IMG/VR virus record: IMGVR_UViG_3300006224_000008
Location: 1 to 64,000 of that record
Origin: a virus
Length of the DNA: 64,000 bases
Strand: one strand, 5' to 3'
A program made the translations under genes and the position numbers. The notes under the pieces were generated by a model. The model saw only the letters and a program-made list of their open reading frames with translations, was not told the DNA's origin and ran no database searches. This document shows positions 8,955-20,900 of this stretch, in pieces (the stretch's first letter is position 1; the number at the start of each line of letters is the position of its first letter).

Positions 8955-11900
8955 ATGCCCCAGGTTTTCACGTCCGAGGAACTTGGACTTCAGCCGGAAG
9001 CCAAGGGACCGGCCGTCTTCACAAGCGCGCAGCTTGGACTTGACCAGGAACCCACCGCACAAGCTCCGGCAGTTCTTACGCCGCAGCCCGAGATCGACAT
9101 CGGCGCGCCGATCAACATTCCCCCGGCGCCTAGTGCGCTTGGCGCCGTCGGCGAGACACTGATGAGCTTTCCCAAAGGTCTTGGGATGGCCGCCTCTCTT
9201 GCTGGTCCTCCGCTCAAGGCAGCCGTTGCTGACGTAGCCGCGCTCGCCGGTGCCGGTCAAGGTGGCAATCTTGCCGCATGGTCGGAGGGTGAGCAGATGC
9301 CGATGCAAAGGCCGGAATCGCCGTGGGTGAAATCACTGCCGCTGCGCGTCGCCGGTTCGTTGGTCGAGACAGCCCCGAAGATCGTCGGTATGGCTCTCGG
9401 ACCAAAGGGACTTATTGGATCCAGCCTGACTGCCGCCGCCCTGTTTGGCACTGACGAAGAAGGTAATTTCCATCCCACCGAAGCGCTGATTGCCGCTGGC
9501 ATTCCCGGAGTCATGCATCTGGCGAAGATCGGGATCAGTAAAGGCATCCTGAAGGCAATCCCGTCGGCTGAGATCGCCAGCAATCCCGTAGTCCAGAAAG
9601 CTACAGAATTTGTGGGCGAGCAGGCCGCGCTGAACGCGTACATGACGGCAACGGCGTCGCCGGAACTGATGCGCTTGTGGCGCGAGAACCCGGAAGAGGC
9701 CAAACGGCAGATCGCGGATATTGTCGGGGTGAACCTGGGCTTCGCGCTTCTAGGCATAGGCAACTGGCGCAGGAGAGTGCCGAGTCACACGGAACGTTAC
9801 CTCGCGGCGAACCAGAAGAGGTACGCGGACCTTACCGACATGCTGATTACGCGGGCAGCGGTCGGCCCCGAAGCGCAGCGTGAGATTGAAGCCACGATAA
9901 AAGCCCGCATGCTGCACTGGACCGGCGACATTGGCATCGGCCCGAGAACGACTCCGCCACCGTTGGTGGACAGAACCATCGAGGAAGCACAGAACGCACT
10001 TCTGCCGCCCGCACTAAGGCCGCAGGCGTTGCCTCCGGCATTGCCTCGCCCAGCGGTGCCGCCACGATTACCAGGGAATGAACCCCTGTTGACGCCGGAA
10101 CAGCAAGATCGCGTCGAGGCACGAATGCGTGCCGATGATGCTGCACGACAACAAGAGAAAGGACCTTATGCCCCTCCAGTCAGGATCGAGCCGCCAAGTG
10201 GTGTCCAGCAATATCCGGGAACTCCACAGCGGGAAAACGTACCGCCATACCCTCCGGAAGTTCGGCCGGAAGCGGGCGAACAAGCAGGCCGTGGCTATAG
10301 CATTGAACGAGGCGGGGCTGTCCCGCCGGAAGCGCCGCCACCTGAGCCTCAAATCCTGACATCTGAAAGCGCCAGATCCATCGACGAGTTTCCACCTAGC
10401 CAGCAGGAACTAGACGCGTTGCGTGAGAAGATAATGGCCGGAAGGCCGGAGGGCCTCACACCAAGAGAAAAGGAAGTACTCGATTGGCAGAAGCGACAAT
10501 CTGAAAATCTGCGGCTACTCTCCCCGGAAAACGCGGCCAAGCTTTCCGAGAAAGATTTTGAGCGATGGGCATACCCTAGGTGGACCGAAGAGCCGATCAG
10601 CGTCTCCGACGCAAAGGATGTATTTGAAATCCTGAGCGCGCTACTGATGAGAGGGGCTGATCGGATGAACATTAGGAAAGTTGCATCGATCCTAGCCTAC
10701 AATGTCCAGCGCGAGACTGATCCGGCCATACTGCGGAAAATGTTTGAAAGAAGCGGAGATCCGTACACCGAGGAAGAGATACAGAAAACCGCAGAGGCCA
10801 ACGAGGAACACAATCGGGCCACTGCTTCATATGTCGAGGCTGGCCGGGCCGCGCTCGCCGAAAAAGGCAAAACGCCCGCGCCGCCACCTGAGCCTCAGAT
10901 AAGAGGTCCGAAACGACCCGAGGACCTCACACCAGAGGACGGGATTCCGTACCTACTTAACCGACTTGGCAACGTTGAACGGTTGGTCAGTTTTGGCCCC
11001 AAGGCCGACCGCGATCTATTCGAGAAAGAACGGCAGAATATCCTGTGGGAATTATACTCACTCGACCGGCTGCCAGAAACCTACGTCAAGCAGGGCAACA
11101 GGTGGGTACAGGCGCGACCTGAGCCTCAGATAAAAGCCCCAGAATCTCCCGGCTTGATGCCGGAGTCAGCCAAGCCAATCGACTGGAAAGTCGAACTCCA
11201 GGCGACCATCGCGGACATGCGGAGACGAATTGCCACGCGTGAGGAAGTGTCTGGCGCAATTGCCCAGGTACGCCAGCCGTTGGTAGATGAGGCGTTCCGA
11301 AAAACAATCGAAGCGTGGGATGCGGTTGAGAAGGAACCGGATCCTTTCAAGAAAGTACAGTTGCAGAGTCTCGCACGGAAGGCCGACGACGATGCAGTCA
11401 AGTTCTTCTCCAAAGAGCAGAAGGAAACTGTTTTTCGCCGCATGATCGACGGGGAAGAACGTGTACAAGCTGCATGGGAGAAGTTCAATCTGGACTCCGT
11501 GCCAGAGAACGTTCGGGGAATCAGAATGCGGCCAACTGACCCCGAAAAAAGGTGGTTCTATCTCATCACGCCGTCCACCTATCCCGACCAGAAGGGGAAA
11601 TGGCAGGCAACGAGAATCGATGAGAGGGGACCATTCGGGCATTTCAACGCAGATACGCCTCAGGATGCTGTTGCGTCCTTGAGTGGTAGAACCGTTAAGG
11701 GAATTGGACCCCCTTGGGGATCCGTTGGAGAATGGGTAGTTGAGCGCGCAGAGCGCATACCGAAAGGTGGTGAAGCGTATGCCAAAGAAGAAAGGGTGCA
11801 AGGGCCGCAAGAAGTAGGCCCACAACCAGTGTTGCCCCCGGTCGAACCCGGAGGTAAAGTATTGCCGAGTCCAGAAGCGGTCCAACCTATCACCGTCCGC

Positions 11901-14900
11901 ACTGCTACCGGTGGCGAGATCTCCCAACCGCGCAGCACCGAAGGGGAAAAAGCTCCTGAAATGACGGTGGGCGAGGCCCCAGGTCAAGCTGTTCCTCGCA
12001 CCGCTTCTGAACTCGCTGCTCTCATAGCTGTCGCCAAGAGGGTTGAAAGCCGCGACCGCCAGCTCTACGAACAGATCAAGTTCTCCGGCAACCCCAGAGC
12101 CGCAGCAAAAGCGCGTGCCGCATGGCGCCAGACCAAACTCAATGTACGCGAACTCCAGCGGGAACTGAAAGCCCTCAAAGGCCCGAAAGGCATAGACATC
12201 AGCAAGCGCATGACGGCGGACGTTGGCGGGGAACGGATGCCCGACATCATTGATGACATCCTTGCCAATGTCGGCACGAAACTGTCTCTCGACTCCGCCA
12301 AGCAATACATGGAGGACATTGAGGAGAGGCTGAAGCGCGGTGGGGCCGCAGCCAAGTTGTTCACGCGAAAAGGCGGTCTCGCAATCGACGACGCCTTGGC
12401 CATGCTGATCGAGGCGAATCCGAATTACCGGCGACTGGAGACCGAGTACGATTTGCTGGATGCCATATTCGGCGCAGCCGAGAAACGGAAAGGCGCTAGG
12501 AAGGGCGAAGTTCGGGAAGAGCAAGTTCTGTCTGACAGGGAACGCCAGACGATAGATTTTGAAGAGGCCGCATTGCGCCAACGTGCCGACACTGAAGGAG
12601 TAAAAGCGGATACCCTCCTCATCGGCACCAAGTTCAAGTTGAGGGATGTTGAGTTTGAAGTGCAGGATCTGATCTTCGATGACAACGAGAACCTGCTCTT
12701 TGTCGTAGTTGAAGATGGCAAACGGTTTGGCACGCAACGCGTCGGCGCCGACTGGTACATTTTCCCGGACAAAGGCTCCCTTGAAAGGAAGGAGGCAGAA
12801 GTTGAATTCGTCTCGCCAGAGGAAGCGGCGGCACCGGAGGGGCCAACCCCTGAGTGGCGACGCCTTTTTGATGAGGAAAAGATAACCGGAGCCCAGGCGA
12901 AGACATTGCGGGCCATCGAGGCGGATACAGAATCAATCCGCCAGATACCAGTCGGAGGAGAGACCGAAACTTATGTCCGATTCAAAAACGGTGTCATAAA
13001 GTGGGTCACGAAAACGGGGGAACTCGCGGAGACCAGCCGGGCAGATGAGGCGTTCCCATCGGAAGAAGGGGCAACGACCCCGCCCGTATCCGTTTCTAGG
13101 GCGAATCTGATCTGGAATGCTGTCGCGGCATATCTCGAATCGATTCGCGCAATCGGCGCGCCATCCGACGCTGTAATTCAAGGTGTCATGGAAATAACCG
13201 GACTGGACAGGGGTGAGGTCGAGCCCGCGTTGGAAACGTTGAAATATGAAGGCAAAATCGAATGGCAAAAGAGGTTGCCGCAGCAAATCAATCTCATCCA
13301 AAGACCCCCTCCCGCCCCTGCCGCCGAACAGCCCCCTGTGGAAGGTGTTCCAGAGAGAGGACCAGCTCCGCCAGTTGCGCCTCCATCCCCGCCTAAACCA
13401 GCAGGCCCGGCACTGGACCTGTTCGGTCAACCTATAGCCCCAGAGAAACCGGCCGCGCCCGAACCGCCGAAGGGTCCGCAAGAGATCCAAGGCGGACTTG
13501 AAATCGGAACGGTGCCCTCCGGGGAACCTGCGGTAAAAGAGCGCCCCCTGACAGCGGCAGAGAAAAAGGAATTTCGGGCTCTCAGTCTCAAGCTCAGGGC
13601 CAACCGCGAAGAAGGCGGTGAGGCGCTGACAACTGAAGAGGCCCAGCGCTATGAGTACCTCGGAGCATTGGCGGGACAGAAGACGCTTGGAATCGATGTC
13701 CAGGTTGGGCTAAAGGGCAAACTAAAAGCGCTTGTGGCCCAGCTTGCATCACTTGACCAGCGGAAGCCGCAGTCCAGAGGTAAACGTTATGACAAGTGGG
13801 CACTCGACCGCAGCGACATCGAACGCCAGATAAAGAAGATTCGCAGTCAACTCACCGAAGGCCAGGGCGAAGATCTGGGCACTTCCGGACCACCAGAAGA
13901 AATGCCCAACGGCATGTTCATGCAGAGGCGCCGACGCGTCCGACAGATGACCGACGAGGAAGTACGCGAACGCTGGCCTGACCCCGGAGAGCGCTTGGAC
14001 GTGTTTCGCCTCTATGGAGAGCGACCATGGGTGGCTGAGTCCAGAACGATGGAGTTCTCGGATGCGTTCGGAACGCAACTGGAGGAAACCGGTGACTGGT
14101 ACATTGCCGCCTGGGGTAAGAGTCGCGATGAAGCGATAACTGAGGCGCAGCGGCAGAAGCGGAAAGGTTGGGAGAATCTGCCGGAGAAGAAGCCGGAACC
14201 GCCGCCTGCCATCTGGGCTAAGGAGCTATGGCAACTGACACGAAAGGAACTTGGCGACAACCGCGAGTTGCTTAGGCCGAAACTGGGCGTTGTCAGCGAC
14301 ACGATGCACCGGGATGCTGTTGCGCAGGCCATTCGAGACGGCAAGCCGGTACCGCCCGAGGTCCTGGCTGATTTCCCTGAACTCGCGCCCAAGCCCGAGG
14401 CTCCGCCACCAGCTCCAGCAGCCCCGGCAAAACCCGAGTTCGCTGGTGGCGCCCCAGAAGGTGCCCGTGTGGGCAATTACCTCAAGAAAGATGGCCGCTG
14501 GTACCGTGTCGATGCCGAGGGGAACCTTGGCAAGATCCCGACCAACAAAAAGCAGCACGACCAGCTTGAGCAGGAGTTCGCCTCGCCAACCCCTGCGGAC
14601 ACGCGCACGCCGATTGAGATTCTCGCCCAGGCAAAGCGCGTCAGCGTGAAGTTGCCCGAGGGTGCCACTGTGTTGCGCGGGTATGACGCGAAGGGCCGGA
14701 AGTCGGACATTTTCATCGCCAACATCAACAAGGGCGACAACATTTTCCGTGACGCTGGCATCGTTCGCGTCGAAGCCGGGTTCATCAACAAGGACAAGCA
14801 GTTTAAGCCAATCAAGGGCGACATCAAAGTTTCCGAACGCAAGCCAGCGAGGGAGGGAATGCTGCCGGAGACTGAGCGGCAAGCGCTACCGGAGAAGCCC

Positions 14901-17900
14901 CCTGGCGCTCCTATCCAGATGAGCGGCAACGACGGGTTTCTGATCCCGCCGCTGGAGACTGGGCCGCGTGAGGGGCTGCCCGCGTTCCACGGCACACCGC
15001 ATGAGGTGGACAGATTTCAATTGAAGTACCTGGGTACCGGCGAAGGTGCGCAGGTCTTTGGATGGGGACTCTATTTTGCAGAGGCGAGAGAAGTTGCTGA
15101 GAGATACAAACAGTCTCTGAGCGGTGGGGAACCGAGGTCATCCTATCGGTTCAATGGAAGGGAGGCATGGGAATGGCAGCGTGATTTTGAAAAGGCGATG
15201 GAGTATGACAAAGCATCGGTGTGGGAGAGGATACAACTGCACCATCCAAAGAACGCAATACGTGTAGCTGCTAGGGCTATCATCACGGACGATGCTGAAA
15301 GCGCTGCCAAACTGCTAAAGTACATCGAGACACTCCCGGATAGTTTATTCGCCAAAGAACGGGGCAACATCTACACCGTTGACATCGCCGAGGATTCCAT
15401 ACTGCTCGACTGGGATAGGCCGCTTCGAGAGCAGCCGCAAGCCGTGCGCGCCGCGCTGGCAAGACTGGAAGAGCAGGGCGATCCACAGGGGACATTACAC
15501 GCTCTGAAAGCTGTTCTTGCAGAGCACCTGACTGGTTCAGACTTTTACCGCCGCCTCGAAGCTCTGCGCGGGGCCAAGTGGGCGAGCGAAGCGCTCCAGT
15601 CCGTAGGCATCAACGGCATTCGATACCTAGACCAGAAAAGCAGGGATTTTATAGTCCAACACAGACCATCAGACGGAAAATGGTACGTCCTTAGCGGCAA
15701 GCCGTCCCCCGGTTTCGCTACAGAACGCGAAGCGCGTGATTGGGGATATGAACAGAGTTCGCGCAACTACGTTATCTGGGACGAGTCGAAGATCCGCATC
15801 ACTGAAAAGAACGGCAAGCCAGTTTCCCTCGATGAGTTTCGACAGGCCATGCCCCCCCGCGAAGGCGAAGCGGTTCCTAGCCGCGACGTGATTCTCGCCC
15901 AGGCCGATTCTCCTGAGCAGTTGCTGGCGCACGTTGACCGCCCGGAGCTTCAGATTCCGGCCGAGATGAAAGCGCTGGTCAAAGCGCTTCTCAGTCATCC
16001 CGTCGCCAAGAAAATACAGGGATTACGCTGGGCGATTGCTGATGTGCTTGCCGGTGGATTCGAGGGCGACTTTGATCCTCATGGCCGTCTGGCGCGCTTC
16101 TCGCGCTGGGCTGAAGTTAAGGCGCCTGTTCACGAGTTTCTCCATGACCTCTGGTACTTTCTGCAACCGGGCGAGCGCGGCGAGTTCATGGCCATGCGCG
16201 TTGAAGAGATTCGCAAGGCCCTGAAAGACCTTCCGCGTAACGCAGCGGAGATCGCCGCTCTGGAAAAGCTGCTGGAAGCACCTGTGACATCCGAGGAGTT
16301 CCTCGCACTGAAAATGCCGCGGTCACTTTACTGGCTGGCAAACGAACGCGAGTTCTTCGTGAGTGCGATGCAGGAACCCCTCGTGAAACGTCTCACGACG
16401 CCGGAAGCGCAAGGTGCGATTGCCAAGGTCCGCGAGTACATCAAAGGCTTGTGGGATGCATTCAAGGATTGGACGAAACTATCCCCCAAAACCGAGAGAC
16501 TCTTCCGCCAGATTTTCGAAGGCAAATACGAGTTCACACCGGAACAAGGGGCGGCGGCAGAGGCACGGGAGGGGGCGTTGCCCACGAGTCCTGAGGAGTT
16601 CAGAAAACAGAAGCGCCTTCTGGAACCGAACGTTGCTGGCAGAACGCTGGCAGGTTTCGCTGAGCCAGCGAAGATGAAAATGGAGCTGGCCGACCAGTTC
16701 AACCTGTCACCGCGGGCGCGCCGGATGATACGGCTGCCGCGTGAGGCGGAGATGTACAGCATCGCGGCGGGCGAATTGACCGGTATCGAAAATTATGTCC
16801 AGGCCAGAGACGCAGTTCCGAAGGATAACCCACATCTGCGTTGGGGAGTGACGCATGATGCCATAACGGGTATTGATTTTCAGGAGCACCTTGGCAGGAC
16901 TCTTACGGCCACATACGAGCGGCAGTTAGCCAAGGTGGATTCACCAGCTTTCCAACAGAAGATCTTCCGCGAAGCACAGCTTGCACTCAGGTCCGACCTC
17001 GCCGCCGAGAAAGAGGAAACCTTCCGGAACATCATCGCTGGGAAGGCCGCTGCACTGGAAGCGCAAATCCGCAATGCCGCCGGTGACGACGCACGCATCG
17101 AGACGCTTCGGGAGGACCTACGATTGACGCGTCCGCTGATGGACTGGGCCATGGCTGTGTCCCAGCAGATGGACAACATCGTCAATCGCGTGTACCGCGA
17201 GTACACGGAGTTCGGTCGCGCAGGTTACTGGACGCGCTGGCGGGAGAATGCGACGGGGCCGAAAAACGCAGAAGAGTTCTTCCGCCTCTATCAGCGTGCA
17301 CGAGCGGCCGAAGGCAATCCCCTCGTCGAACGCCAGGAAGTGGCCCTTGCGCGTCTTGCATCCGAAATCCTGGGGATCAACTTCGGACTAGCGGACAGGT
17401 TGCTTTGGGCGGAACGGTGGCGCCGCGAGCCCGACTTTGCCAAGGCAGTGAACGAACTGGGGGAAAAGTTCGTAAAGGATCTGCGCACGGACCCGGCCAA
17501 AGCCATTCGGGGCATGATAACTCGCGAAGGCACGCTCGCCACAAGAGCGTGGCAGGCGAAGACAGCCTACCTCGCCATCAATCGGGACGTGATGCGGGAA
17601 CTGGAACTCCTTGGCGATCTGGAACAAGCCGCGACGGTGATGAAACGCCTCCGCGATTCGGATCAATGGAAGCAACTCGTCAACACCGTCATCACTGACG
17701 CGGAAGGCGAAGGCGTTCCTGCTGTGGTCGTCGATGCGATGCGCGCCGGAAAGTATTCCTCCGCTTTTAACGAAGGGACCGGTAAACAAGTCTGGGTCGA
17801 TCCGAAAGGTGGGTTCCACGAGGTTGATCTGAACTGGACCCCGGACAAGGCTGTTGAAGCGCAAAAGAAAATAGACGGCTTCCTGACAGCCGTGAACGAC

Positions 17901-20900
17901 TGGATCTACGACGATGCCAACGCGAACAGCCCCGAGCTGGCGTATTGGCGGCAACAAGCTGACTGGGTGCGCGCAGTCTACAAGACGGCCTCGGTATTCG
18001 CTCCGAGCGCGGTGAAAAGTTTGTTCGTCCAGCATTCGCTGACCATGCTTTCCCCGTTCTTCCGGCAAGCCAAACTACCAGCAGTGAAGGTCTTGCAGGA
18101 CATGGCGGAGAACTATGAGCGTGCGCAGAATATCGGCAAGCAATGGTCTGTTGGCTTCGACCAGGACAACATGGACAAGGCTAGGCGCGCCGCGGAGGCG
18201 CACGGTTTCCATCCTATCTCGGAACTCCCGCTGTATCGTTCAAACATTTTTGATTCGCTGGCGTGGCATTATCGGCACGGCATCGCCATCAAGCCCGGGC
18301 AGAAACTGTATGGCGTGACGGTGCTCAAGGAAGACATCGACCTGCTGAAACACCAGGGCGGTGGCCTGTTCAATCTGATAAAGCGGGCACTGCCGATTGG
18401 GCGCAAAGGCCGAGAAGCGAAGATGCAGGAGGCGCGCTTGGTTGACCAATACCTGAAGACCGCTTTCCTGATGCGTCCCCCTCAGGAGTTCGGCGCCGAG
18501 CCAGGAACAACCGTGATGCGCGACTTCAGCACGCGTGGTGGCGGATTTGCGGATGCCGTCGGGAAAAACGCGATAGACGTCAAGCAGGAGGTCAAAGGCG
18601 GAAAGACTGTCGAGACCAGGGAAGTCAATCTGGATAAGTTCATGCAACTAGCCAACCTGCCGCAGTACTTCGAGCCTGTGGTGTGGCGATGGATTTCCGA
18701 ACGATCGAGGCAGTATAACGATGACACCGGATTCGAACCGTTGCTGAACAAACTGCGTGATCGGATTCACGAAGGAACAAATCCACCGAGGAGTGTTGAA
18801 GACGTTCTCGATTACATCACACGCAATTCTGAGGCTTCCCCCGAAGAGGTCAAAAAGGCCATTGTCGGCAACATGGCCAAGGAAACGTTTTCGTATTACA
18901 GGAATTTCATCGAAAAGCCGAGTGGAAGATCACTGACCGTTCGCGCCCTTCGTGCCACGTCACAAGGACCATTCAACACCGCGTTCGACCACGACATTGG
19001 CAGTTCCTTTTTCTACGACTACGGCATGTTCAGCACTCAGGAGGTCCGGGCTGCCGCCGTGGATGCCACCATGTTTTACCTGGAACGCGTCGAGGCTGCC
19101 ATGCGCAGTACTCTCGATGTGTACGATGAGGCCCTCAGGCAATTTCGGGAAACGAGATCTGGCAGTCCAGAGCGCAAAGCTTTGATGCAGCAAAATCGGG
19201 CACTGTTCAGGTCCGGTGATGATTTCCGGGATTATTCGGCTTTACGCGGCCAGCGCGATGAACTCCAGTGGTTCATGGAAAATCTTCCCATCTGGTCTAA
19301 GCAAAATATCTCCCGAAACGAAGGGTTGAACACCCTGTACCGGGTCATCGGAGATTCGGTCGTCAGCAAGCTGGCTGGATGGAAAACTGTGTCTCGCGTG
19401 TTTACTGGGTCTGCGGTGAAACAGGGGTTCGTGTTCAGCGCGATTGACCGGTTATACGGCACGTCCTACCTGAAATCGGCACTGTCAATGGCATTGAGCG
19501 CATACGACATCGCACTCAAAGGCCCGGCCATGTATCTGGCACGCAGGGCTGGATTGGCTGAGAAGCGGAAAGAAAAGTTCAGCGGCGTTGCCGAAGAGAT
19601 CTTCCGGGAAGGTAAATTCTTCGATCCGCTCTACGACTTGGGCATGGGCACAAAAACGCCCTTGTTGAATACCATAAAGAACAACCTCGCCATGCCATAC
19701 ACGCATGGCCGTGGTTATGACCCCAAGTTCTCAACCAATGCTGGCATCGCCCTGCTTCAAAAGGGTGCCTATCGGCTGTTATCGGGGGCCGAAACACCAC
19801 TGGAAGTTTTGCGGACTATCTTCCCGACCCTCGGCTATTCAGTTGCATACGACTCCGTCGCACGTCAGGCGTTCAACGCAATCAGCGTTATAGAGCGTCA
19901 AGCCCGCAGGTCGTTCGAACTGCACGAAGAAGCTGGCACCCTGGGCCGGTTCGACCTCAACGACCCGCGCAATCCGAAAAATGTACTGCCCGCATCTGAC
20001 ATTCTACCTCGTGGCCTGTTTCCAAAGACGCAGACGCAGTTAGCGCAGGCTCGTGAATTGTTCAAGCGAGGTACTGACGGAGATCTGAACGATTTCGTGA
20101 TGGAATTTTGGGCCAAACTCGCCAGAACGCCAAAAGACCAACGGGGCGAGGTCCATCTTCTCAGCGCAGACGCAAAAACACCAGAGGAAGCCGCCCGCCT
20201 TCAAACCAACCGCAGTCTGGGGATTGCGGCAATTGGACTTCTGGACATCCACCATGCCGGTTTCACAAACCGCATGTGGGTGATGCGTGGGTCTTCGATG
20301 TGGCGCCTGATGCAGCCAATCGCTGGTTGGACGTTCCAATCTACGAGGCAGTTATTTGAGTTGTTTGGGAAAAGCGCCACTGATCCCGCTTTGCGCCCCG
20401 CTGTCGCTACCGCTCTTACGGCGATCATGGTTCTGGCTGGCCTCGCTGCCATGGGCATTGGCGGTGACCTTGAGAAGCGGCTGTTTGATGAACTGGAGTG
20501 GATCATCAACAAGCGAGTCGATCCAGTCCGCTATTTCGGCATGGGCCGAGACTGGAAGGAGAACACGATCATCGCCTTAACCGGCATCTTCACGTATATC
20601 ACGGTTCTCTCCGGGTACTTGGAACGGTTGATGAGCGAGAAGGGAAATCGAACCAGTGTAACGGACCAAATGTTCGTGCTTTCTCTGGCGAACTCCATGG
20701 TCAGGTACGTCAGCGGAGTTATTCACACGAAGGATCCGAACTACGGTCTGGCTGGATTCGTGACCCGGGAAATTCCATCCCTGAAGCCCCTAATCCGACG
20801 GACGAGCGCCAACGAAGGGCTGACCAATGTTGAAAATGCGATAACGGCGATACAACGTTTCGCGCCGAAAGACCTCATACGACAGACTACGGGCGGTTTC

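Noticed and set aside
11166-12737. 523-aa minus-strand ORF inside the giant gene
   Set aside because: Antisense shadow of a GC-rich coding region, with no motifs. The same applies to 24158..25264 (+) and 45819..46796 (+).
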